A stretch of DNA of 64,000 bases, from the NCBI GenBank assembly GCA_037379345.1, contig CM074520.1, forward strand, positions 2,356,001 through 2,420,000, read 5' to 3'. Position 1 is the stretch's first letter. Each line of letters starts with the position of its first letter. A program made the position numbers and the translations under genes. The notes beneath the pieces are model-generated. The model saw only the letters and a program-made list of their open reading frames with translations, did not search any database and had not been told where the DNA came from. Below, in pieces: positions 12,196 through 24,400 of the stretch. Source of the stretch: Perna viridis (Eukaryota).

Positions 12196-15100
12196 CCCCC
12201 CCCCCCTTTTAGCAGCTTAAGTTGTATAAGATATAATTTACATACCAGCATGAAATTTCTCATTCCCATACATCTCATTTTATCTGACTATAATCCGTAT
12301 TTAATTGTTTCTACTAACTACTTCTTTCACAAATTAGGTTCAATTAGATAGGTATTAAAGATAAAGAAGTAGCCAGATCTCATGTATCATCCTAATATAC
12401 TTGTAACAGAATAAACAACATTAATAGACTGTATATAATGTCACGGTATAAAATAAACTGTTAAAAATGATGAATGATCTGGTTTTTCTAAACTTTGGGT
12501 AGAGATCAAACTTTTTAGAGAGAGAACTTGGTACTCTTAAACTTCATGTTTACTGAAATTTTATTTACTTCTGAGATAAATTAAAAAATTTGAGAAAAAT
12601 TTCTCTAATTAGAAGGAATATGACAGATATAAGTTAACCAAAGCATGAATTATTGAAATAATTAAAAAAAGAAAGTCAAATATTCCCAAAATCTCTCATA
12701 ACAAACAACCCCTTATGAGTTTTCATTTTCAGTTCTTGCACCCCCTCTTCATTCATTTCGTTCATCCCTCTCTAAACTTTCCCTCTACAATCTATTTCCT
12801 TCTATCTAGAAATAACCCCAACTCCTCACTTGAGGAGTAAGGAGCGCATGGACCTCTTTTTGTCTGTTCATCTGTATGATTGCCATAAAATATTAATTAA
12901 AGAACCACTCAGTTAAACACACATTAGCACATTATTTGGAACTATAAAATCCAACTTTACTGTTCAGAAGTTATGTCCCTTTTTCACCTTAAAAAAATTG
13001 ATTGCAGGTATGTAGTAACCACCACACCTCAGGGTCAGAAAACTCAAATTGCTTAAGTTTAACAAAATTCTGAACTGTTTGTGATGTTACCAATATTGAA
13101 AACTTTGACTGAAGTTAAAATGGCAGTTAAGAATATTATACAACTGCGTAACTTTTTAAAGTTAAGTGGACCTAGGGTTTGACGAACTCTAAGTATCCTT
13201 TTATTATTGCTCCCGTGTGATTTCTACATCCCATAATTTCAAAATACTCCACAAAAGTACAATGCATGAAGTGCAACTACAAACACCTGGCAGCATCATG
13301 GTGTATAGCTAAAAACCCCTAAATAACAAGCAGTACCAACCCCTTCGTCCAAAATATCCCAGAATACACCTCTTCATAAAAGTACACTTTATATTATGTA
13401 ACTGCACAGTAAACTTCAACAGAATCATGCACATTTTAAAACTTTCAAATAGGTAGTATTTAGCACATTCAGTAAGATGTAAAGGACTTGGGTGCACATT
13501 AAACAACAGTAGTCTGTTTTCTGTCTAAATAAACGGCCATAAAGTACTTATAAATTACATAAATCTCTTACAAACTAAACATTTCAGACATTATAAAAGA
13601 AATCATCAAGATGATCACTTTCAATAGAAGAAAATTATGGTGAGACTGTAAACACAGTACCAGCATTGTATGGCAAAGTGATTAGGACTGAACATCCAGA
13701 CTCCTTAAACCATCCATTTCCAAGATTTAAATGGGATCTTAACAAATTGACAAATGACCAGATCTGACAAACTTATAGATGGGTAAATCAACTTCTAAAA
13801 CACATTTAAAACCAATTTCAAACATGTGACTTTAACAAATTGGCAAATAAATTCTAGATAAAAACCATATAGACAGTTGGCTACCACTAACAAATTTCCA
13901 TATCATCAGCATTTAGATATAGAATAGGTTTAGTCTGGTGGCTCCTTGATGATGCTCTTGGCTATCAATAAGTCTGTAATGAAATTTAAAGTAGACAGTC
14001 TTTATCTAGAAAATGATACATGTTAACACTGCCCTTTCCTTAAAATCACTTTTGTCTGAGAAATTTCAATTGAAAATTTGCTCATCATCCTTTTCATACT
14101 AGAGACTGTTAATGATTTTGACTAGAATATCTACAATGTCACAAAACAATCTACTGGTCTTAACATAGATTGAACCAGACAGCTGATAGTAAGTGACATT
14201 ATTTTTTAAACCACATGTAAGAAGTTTGGGACTTAAGACATTAGAATATCAGTTTTCAAAACCAGTAGATGGTCCATCTATCTGCAAGCCTCAATTTTAA
14301 GCCTAAGTTTCAAAAGATTTCTGATATTAGAACTTTTCTGTACTTTTAAAAAATGAAAGCCTTTGAAAAACACACATTCAAAACAGTTTTTTTCAGCATA
14401 CCATAAGTGTACACTTCATATATCTATAGTTATACACAGGACTTATTGAACAGAGGCCTAAACTGAAGGTCTTCAGATATGATGGGTTTCTGGTATATTT
14501 AAGGTTTGAACTCATGCTTCAGCCTATTTCCAAGTCATTTGATGCAGCACCTTAGAGCACTAAAAACAAATATCAGTTAATTATACTGACATTTAACAAT
14601 ACCCATTTATAGATCCTTCTCCAAGATGTTAAAAACTTAGATACTAAAATGTCTGGAAGAAATCCTGCCTTGCCAATTTATCAAATACTTGTTTATGAAT
14701 TATTCTGTAACTTCTGGGAACATAACAATATTAAACCAGTCTCTATATGCCTTATCTTAACAGAGAATTACTACACATTCAACAGATATTCCCTAAAGCT
14801 TTTCAGTGAAACCATTAAATTATACCTTAATTAAATTTTACAGAAAAATTTTCCTGGTATTCAGCAAAGTTTTATAGGAGGAAAGAGAACAGAGCCAAAA
14901 GAATTCAATTACATGGAATTTCTAAAACTCTAAAAGGCAATGTGGTTTACTCTGTTATATGGCTTCAAGTCCATCAATAAATAATTTTGAATCTGAAAAC
15001 TGTATAACAGTCTTTAAAATATTGCCAATTCTGACAATTTCATCTAATTCCAGACATCTAAGGGATTTATTAGCCCAGAAAAGTAACATTAACTGTACGA

Positions 15101-15404
15101 AAATTATGTTAACTGATATACCAAAAGGGAGGTAATTCATTTAAATCTGTAAATTTAGTAAATTAACAGCTATGAAGTTATGAAATCTTTCTATAATATC
15201 AAATGAAGGGAAATAACTCAGTTATATTTTTAAAACATGATCAATTCTGAATTCTTAAATTATGAAAAAAGGAAAATTACCTTAAGTAACAAACATTAAA
15301 AAAAATACACCTTGTCAAGTCTTTATATTTGGACTTCAATTTTTTCAATCTTTTATTTTTTTTTTGACTTTGTGAAATTCAAAAGCAGAAGGTTCTGAAT
15401 CAAG

Positions 15405-15582
15405 TACTGTGGAAGTACTTTATTTCATGTTAGTTCAAAGATTCTTGAATTCCTGATTTGACAATTCCACGTTACAAATGTATTGGAAATTTCCTATTCT
15501 TTGGGACCCAAATTTCATGAATAACCCTTTCTATGAAAACCACAAAAATTGATACCCCACTGACAATAATATTTTCACAGTA
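15405..15582. mobile_element. Degenerate short MITE with TACTGTG...CACAGTA termini
   Basis: Short inverted termini with TA ends. Similar decayed pieces appear near 9963-10060, 23130-23310 and 59053. Confidence 0.45.
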
Positions 15583-15659
15583 TCATCATTATAAAAACAT
15601 CTGTAACTTCAAATTCTAAAAGTTGACCACAGATGCTTCCAAATATGAAATAGCTATGA

Positions 15660-16082
15660 GAAAATATAACTGTAGGCCTGCACTATCATTAATATCAGAA
15701 TGTAACTGTAGGCCTGCACTATCATTAATATCAGAATGTAACTGTAGGCCTGCACTATCATTAATATCAGAAAATGTAACTGTAGGCCTGCACTATCATT
15801 AATATCAGAAAATGTAACTGTAGGCCTGCACTATCATTAATATCAGAAAATGTAACTGTAGGCCTGCACTATCATTAATATCAGAAAATGTAACTGTAGG
15901 CCTGCACTATCATTAATATCAGAAAATGTAACTGTAGGCCTGCACTATCATTAATATCAGAAAATGTAACTGTAGGCCTGCACTATCATTAATATCAGAA
16001 AATGTAACTGTAGGCCTGCACTATCATTAATATCAGAAAATGTAACTGTAGGCCTGCACTATCATTAATATCAGAATGTAAC
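15660..16082. repeat. Minisatellite, 38-bp unit (some 36), 11 copies
   Basis: Unit AAAATGTAACTGTAGGCCTGCACTATCATTAATATCAG, nearly invariant. Confidence 0.97.
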
Positions 16083-18229
16083 ACATTTTACTTCATCACA
16101 TTAAGAAATTACCGAAATCATGAAACACATGTACTGCCATCAGAATCATATCTCCTACAGCATCTGAGGGAAACAGTCTTGTGCTCTGGTGTAATTTTTT
16201 ATGAAAGTTTCATTATCACATTCAATTCTTGCTTTTTACTTCAAACATTTATATTTCTTACTTAATTGTTGAACAAATTTCTTGAGCTAACACATGCATA
16301 TGGTTATTCTAAAATGGTAGTTGGGCTATTGGCATGGACAAATATTCACCTTCCTCCCCAATCTTTCAAGGTCAACCTCTCTAATGATAAACAGTAATAT
16401 TAAGCAAAGGAAGTGATCACTACTAAAAACAGAACTTAGCAATTTGCACAACATACATTTAGCTTACTAACATATAGTATGCTCTTAACATTGTACATTG
16501 CATTCAATTACAACTGTGGGTGTTTAAAACTAAGCTAGAATAATCCACCATGACCACCTGACACAAGCTCAGAGAAATAATTGAATTTCAATATTTACAA
16601 ATAACATCATTCATTACTACAAAAATACTTTCAACCTTTTCTGCTTCTTTTTGACAACTGAAAAGACAGACATTCTTTCATTACACCAAAACCAAACCAT
16701 TCCAATAAAATATGGATTGTTCAACAAAAAATAAATAATTTGAGAAGTTAATGGGCTGTTGTTCCAGTTTAATGGTTCTAAAATGTGAAATCAATAAACT
16801 GAAACAGTCCTGATATGGCAAATAATGATTTCCTTAAACTGAAATACAGGTTACAGAATGGGACTGTACTAAAACACTGACTAAACTTATTTTCTGGAAA
16901 ATGAAATGGAATTGTTCATGAAACTTCTTCAATCGAAATCAAAGATCATTGTTCCTGGATGATCTTTGTCAATTGCTTCACAAACAATGTACTAAATGGT
17001 ATCCAAACAATGAAGCAAAAAAGGGGGGAATGGTTCTGTCTTGTGCTCACAGAGAGACTGGCTACCAAAAATATTTAAATAAAGACAACAGAATCATTCT
17101 TAGATACTCCAAGTCTTTTTTATAATCATGAATTTTCATAAGAGAAAGACAAGTACTCAGTTAAGTTCTTTTAAATTGTATGTCAATTGTGTTTTTTAGC
17201 TCTCTGACTATCCAATGAAGGATCTGGCATAAAGTTATTAGTCTTACTTGGTCGTGCTTTATATCCTCAAGTGTGCTATACACTCAAAGTAACAGCCATA
17301 TTTTAGTATTTACCAAATTGAGACAATGCAGCAACAAGTTGAATCAGATAAGAATGTATTCTGGGAGAAATCACAGGGCCTGTGTCACACAAATAAATCA
17401 CCTTTTATTCAACACCAGAGAGGCCTTACAATAATTCCAGATTTCAATTACATTTCCATTTCATCCAGTTTGTAGAATAAGGAAGATATTTCAAAACTAC
17501 TTCTCTGGAGTTTTATGACATGTTTTGTAGATGTACTGAAGTAATGAAATGTTTTTTTACACAGAAAATTAAAGCAATCACAAGGATCAATCTGTTTTAT
17601 TGGATGTACAGTTACCTAAGAAACAGAGACAATACCAAGCTCTATGATTTTCTTAGTGACATTATGTAATTGGAAGCTGCCATAGGTAATGGGTGCTGAA
17701 CAATGATAAAGATGACTTTATATGCGTTTTGGCTGACTAATCAAATCACCACCTAGGGAATGATGCTGATTTGTATAGTAATAGAAAGCAATCAGCCATC
17801 TGTGTCCTGTAATAAAATTCCCATGTACTATTCTCAGATTCAAAGTAAGGTGGTAGTCAAGATCCACTGACACATTTCACAAACTTTATTTTTCTTCAAG
17901 AAGACTGAAATAAAATATACTTGTAAGCTTCAAAAGTGAGGTAAAGAAAAAGGTCATAATGATAAGTATAAAGATCAACTGATGATTTTAAGGCATGGAA
18001 AGAAAATTAATGTGATAATATAGAGTAGCAGCAAGAGATAATTCTCATAAATCATGATGACCAATCATGCTAAAATATCACCATGACAATGCTATTTGTA
18101 TGGTATGTTTTTAGGTATGTCAAATGAAAGAATTTTTTCTGCATTAATGTCAAAATATTTGACAGAAAAAGGTCACCTACCCACAACTAAAAACAAAACA
18201 TGTCCTTGAAATCATAAAACAGAACTTAC

Positions 18230-18422
18230 CTAACCCATTTAATTTCTTGTGGTTATGAGCGACCTTAACCTCTTCATAAGGTCGTAGGTTATCATCAGAG
18301 TTAAACTCCTCTTCTTCACTAGAACTGTATGACATGCTACCATTAGTATTTTTGATCCGACTATGGCGGTGCTTTGGTTTATGGTAGTTATAGTTCCCAT
18401 CCATTGTGGGATGTTTGGCCAT
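18230..18422 (-). CDS. Ten-m: Teneurin (Ten-m-like), first coding exon (MAKHPTMDGNYNYHKPKHRHSR...SSSEEEEF...KKLNGL)
   Basis: Acceptor tctttttcAG gives an exon start at 18450. The ATG at 18422 has an in-frame TGA shortly upstream. Donor G|GTAAGT after 18230 is phase 1 and matches the next exon. The family assignment rests on the motif in the third coding exon. Confidence 0.8.
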
Positions 18423-21400
18423 CTTATTCTCTCATAGTTGTAATTCTGTCCTGAAAAAGAGAAAGAATGTAATGAAAAACAACAGATTCCAAGGACTTAA
18501 AAATGCAAGATGATTGTTAAACTAGTCGTTTCCTCTCTTTGTTGTGTTACTGGCATTTTAGCCCACATCACTTTTTCTATGGAAATTGGTTGAGACAGCC
18601 TAACAGTAAACTTTCTAAAAATCTTCCATTATAAACATTCTCACCTATCCAGCATTAAACTAAGGCTTCATGATGCTGCCAGATTACCATGAGTAGATAG
18701 AGCTATAAAGTTTCTGATCAGTAAACAGGAAACAAGTGATCTACTTACATGTACATGAATGGGGTTACTACAATGTCTTACCAACTCTCAAGCAAAATAA
18801 TTAAGTCTTTGGTAATTTTTTTATCCACTCCCCCTCAACATACTGATATTTTATTACAAATTTAGAAATTGCTGCATGTATTTATTATAGCATTTTGGTC
18901 ATTTGCAGAAGAAGTTTTTAATTCTGATGTCATGTGACATTCTCTCTTCAGAAATTAAAAAAAATCACAATAACTTTAGAATTTACAACAAAAATAAAAA
19001 CTGTACAATAAACAATAAATTAATTTGAGATAAATACTGTAATCTGATTGGTTAAAATAATTTTGTTATGTCCCAATGGATAAAAAAATACTGACATGCC
19101 CATGTTCAGTTAAATTCAGAGCTATTTTTTTCAAGTTTAAAGATAAAAACATGTTTTAAAATTAATTTACAAGAATTGCACTTTGCGCAATAAACAATAT
19201 GCACATGGAAAATTTATGTTATTTTTCAATAGACAAAATTTTTATCATAGCCAATTCTTAAATCAACAAATGGCACAAGAAGAAGGAACAAAAGGCTGTG
19301 TCAGCATTATTGAATTTGTATCTAAATAAAGGCACAGTTCTGGTAGGATCTTCACCTAATTCTGTTACCCTATAAACCACTGGTTGTTCAACCTACGCAG
19401 TAAAAATGTGCAAAATCTGCCGATCAAAATTGACTGAAAGTGTTTGATGAGAAAGAAGTCAACATATTCATTGCCAATAAAATGGCAAAATACCATCCTA
19501 GCTCCATCTATCATCTATTTTTTCTACTTATAATATGGCTACCACAGAAACTATCTATGCTATGTACTGTGTCTGACATTGATGTAAAAGACACCAAATA
19601 AAAATTGTTTTAACAGCCTTAAAATAAAAGTGCACCCTATCATTATCCCGGTAATTTTTGTTTCATCTGAGCTGCCGAATTTGTGAAGTTTGATAAGCAT
19701 GCAAAAAAATGCAATATGGATTTTAGATACTACAGGTGCATTATAAACTAGAATCTATTTAAGACATCAAAAATAACATTAAATTCACATGTAACTGTCA
19801 GAATTTGTATGAGAATTTGATAAGACTGGTATAGTTATCCATACAGAATAATGTTTTCATAGCATATCTTATCTTATTTTATCTTATTGGGTGATAAAAT
19901 ACTCAGCAACAGTCATATTAGCTGATGTCTAATGTTTTTAACATTTAAAATCATTGCCAAAGTTGTGAACATCTTGGGTTTTAGTCTTTCTGTCATATTT
20001 TCATGGTACTCTAAAGAACACCTGGTCTTTTCTCTACTTTGTTAATTATAAAATGAGTCATTTAACTGAATTAAAAATTTTATTTAGTACAAAAGTTTTT
20101 TTTAAAATGCTGAGGTTTTTATTTCACTGGCACAGTCAAAAGTCAGATCGTGGGTACTGATGACATTGATTTCTGGGAATCACATTATCAACACCAGGCT
20201 CTATTTATGTTGTGCTTAGAACACTTAAATTTTCTTCATACTTAAACAGTGGTCGGGGTATGAAGATATGAGGTGACTGTCAAAGCTTTGTACCAAGTAT
20301 ACAAGCAATCAGCATACTAGTACATGTCAAAGGTTACAACAACCTGTGAACAATTTTATATTTTCCAAACTGGTTGGATATGTATCATAAATAACATTTA
20401 CTTAAGTGTAGTAATATATCAAATTCTGCTTCAAAGATATCATACCAAAGATAATAATATTATTACAAAGCTGAAGTTTGTATACATAATTGTGCTTCTT
20501 CCTCACATCCTAGTAAGTGTAAAAACAAGTATCAGATCAATAAATGTAATATCAAATTGAAGGATACAATTGCAATCAGCTGTTTACCAGAGTAGTTTGT
20601 AATTCTGAAATCTAAACTAAGTAAGTTCAAGAAGAAAACCTGCATACCAGGTTAACAAAATCTGTAATTACATTCCCCTGTACTTTTCCTCTCAATCTAT
20701 ATCTCATTTTGTTGATTATATAATCAGTAAAGAACATCAGTAGCTCATTACAAAAAATAATAAAACCCCACACATCAAAGCGTCCTATTGTTCGCATTAG
20801 ACAACTCTTTGATCAGTTAACTTCATTATTTTACCCTCCTCTTTCTGCTGCGTCACAGCTTACTGCCAATTTCTGTTAATTCTAAGCTTCCGTTTCTTGT
20901 TTGTTTTATAAATTTTTTTAATTCAGCTAATGTACCAATGTTTCTGATACTATAACAGGTGTCTATGTTTAAATAGATGTAAATGTTGCTTTTATAAATC
21001 AATTGTCTTAATACTAAATTGTTATGTCCAAGACCGGAAAAACATTACAGCAGCTTTTACTAACTACAATACATTTTAACTGATTACTGGAGAAAGATAC
21101 AAAATCATTAAAGACTAAGATCTATTTGATTTTAATCACAGTTTTTCCTTCTTTAAAAGAAAAATTGAGGTTCTAAATGATTACTATGTAAGTTAACAAT
21201 TTGCAAGGATTGCATATATCAAACAATTAAGGCCATGTAATTCAGAATTTAAACAGACACACTATAAGAAGCACCAAATAAAAGGAAGGATCTTAAACAC
21301 AAAATGTTGAACTGAAAATTCTGATCCCTATAGGTTATATAGTACCTTACTCAGTCAAATACAATTTCACATGAATAAAATGTCTAAAAAATGGAACTTG

Positions 21401-24400
21401 TATTCAAGAAGTTAATTAGCAGGAATATATAACAAACAGCAAGGATAGAAGTTGAAGTAACTTATGTCCAGAACTAATAAAAAAAAGAAAACAAGTTCAT
21501 CACTAACCTTATTACTACAGCGATGTTCCAAGGAGAATACAATTCCAATAAAACGTGAATCTATAACAAACTACCCTCTCACTAAATGATATTATTCCAT
21601 CCTAATACCATTTTAACACCATGTTTACACAAAATGACCAAACATAGAACATTTTAACAATTACATTTTACAACGAAATAAATCAATTTTGTTGTTTGTA
21701 CATGGCTACAGTAACAGTGGTCATGGTAGAATTAAAACAGCAACACCAACCATTTAACAGGGGAAAATGAACTCAACAGGCATCAACGCTACATCTCTCA
21801 ATGTAAATAATCAAACCCAATTTATTTATACCATTAAGAGAGTATGAATGATCATTTCTAAGACAAATCAATACATGGGGCTTAGATCTTGCAAAGCTAC
21901 GATCTTTCACCAGTAAATACTCTGTTAATAACACTTGTTGAGGAATCTAATTTGACGATCCAAACAAAAAATGCCATTTTGGTTGTACCACAACAACACT
22001 GGAGAAACACTTGTTCATAGATTGCAGAGATTATCATGATCCCAATACAGAGGTTAAACCTTATAAAGAATTTAATATCCCTTGGAGCAGATACTGTTAT
22101 TAAATGATGCATGCACTGAGCAGTGCTTATACAGCAACAGTGAAGATCATTAAAATCACTGCAGCAGTTTACAATTAAGTGATGTATGTGCTGAACACAA
22201 GAGAAACTACATCTATAGTGGAAAATAGGAAAACCCAAGGTCATTTATAGGTCAACTGCAACTTGTGTGCATAAAAAATGACATTTGCCTAGAAATCAGG
22301 AAGGAATAAGATCAAACACTGATATGTTACAAACTAGATCACTCTGATAATTGTAAAAAAAAATATAATTGTCTATCAGCAAATACAAATGCCACTAAAA
22401 TAATCATAAAACCACAAAATATTTCACAAACACATCAAATGAAATACAAATATTAATTTAATTATTTTTTTCATTACAATTAAACCATAAAAACATAAAA
22501 CATGTATATAAACTGTCAACTGATTGCAGCCGAGTGCATATGGACCCAACTATCATCCTTTTTATGGCCAAACTACATTATTTCAATATTTGCTATCACC
22601 AATAAAACATTAATATAAATTAAAATCATTAAACTCATAGGAGAAAAATCAGAGAAAATGCCTCAGGCTGAGGGCTAGGGTAGAACTAGAGTTCAGTTAA
22701 ACTCATGGATCCATATTATGAATTTTCTCTCCATAGATCACCAACAAAATCCAATTAATGCTACGATTGTTTTATTTAGTGAGAATCCTGTCATTAAAAT
22801 GATTGACACAAGAATTACTAGAATTGTTTTGTATTCGATGTTAAATTGATCACTTGGAGATGGCGCCATAATACAGGACGGTGGGAGGGAGTTCAAAATT
22901 GTATTCCCCCCACAGGGCTATATAACAGACTGTCTATAAGCTTTATAGAATCATTATTCTGCTATGTATTTTCTATAGAAATCTATATATTCTGCTGGAA
23001 GCAATGATTCAGAAACTGTCTTTACAAAGCCATGACAGACAAATAAAAGTCTAAAATGCCATATTTGGTATTCATGCTGTATATAGTATAGGGGATAACT
23101 TTTGCTGGTTCCAAATTTTCTGATTTGCTCTATGATAAGGGACACTAAATTTTCAATGTCTTTATTTTTGGCGTCTTCAAATTTAGTGGAATGGAAATTA
23201 TGTGCAAAATTTCTAGACTTAAATTTGTCAAGTTTTTATTTTTACGGTTCCCAAAGCCTGGCTAATACAACAAAAATAAAAACCTAACAAAAATTTCCCA
23301 CTTTATGGTATGAGAACACCATGTTCCCACTTTATGTATAACGACACCGTGTTTATTTTATCTGTAACTAAAGAAAACTGTAAAAAGTGCAGCCATTCAG
23401 AAGAGGAGACATTTAGACACTATTGAATTCTTCTCCACAAACAGGAAATCTGTTGTTAGGGGCTTAGGTTGGTGCTTTTCTTCTGAATTAAATGTGTTAA
23501 AAAAACTTTAAGATAATAGAGTTAAATAATTTCAACAACAACCCTTTTGATTATTTAATGTAAGATTTTCTAACAACACAGCTACTGTAACTTAAATAGT
23601 AGCAGTAATGATCAAGAAAACCTGATGGCAATGATTCAAAAACAATTTATTAAGTTATATTAATTTTTTTTTTCAAAAACAAATTTTAGAATTATCAAGC
23701 CTACTGTGTCAGATATATTGATCTGAGAGAAGTCTGGTGTCATTTTCTCCACTTACCAACTTCCATTTTAATAATCCATTTACAGAATCAATTCCCATGA
23801 TGCATTTCAGGTTTAACTAACAACCAATGACATGCAAATATTTACATAATTCTTGTAATTCTTTTTGATTTATTAAGATGAAAGTAAAGACCATTCCAAT
23901 TATTTGAGATGAAACTCTAAGCGTGTGGAATTAGGAAATATAGGGAGATATAACATACAATTCACAGATTACAGCAGAGTGCAACAGCAAAAAGCAACAG
24001 AATGCCAGAAACAATCCTTGTGATGTAACTAAAATTAACAAATATTGATTCTGTTTAAAATTTCTTTAATTTTCTTAAATCAAATCCCTATAATTACCTC
24101 ATTTTCTTAGAAGACATTTCCCTTAACCAATCAATAGTAATTATCAACATAAATTAGCCAATCAAGTCTTGGTTAGAAACAGTGAATCTCATTGGTTGAG
24201 ATCAAATGAAATGTGACAGATAGTGACCAATAAATACAGTGAGTCCTTGGAGATCCTTCTAAGATCGCAATGTCATAAACTTCCTTATTAGTGGTGCTCC
24301 AAGTCTTTAGGAGGAAGATATGGCTCCAGGGAATGGTTGACGTGACAACCAATATCATACCATCTATGGAGTGGAATTTAATGAGACATCCTCATGACAA

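Noticed and set aside
21897-22244. 115-aa minus-strand ORF as an extra exon or gene
   Set aside because: No recognisable domain or convincing splice sites; it lies upstream of the teneurin start, which has an in-frame stop before it.
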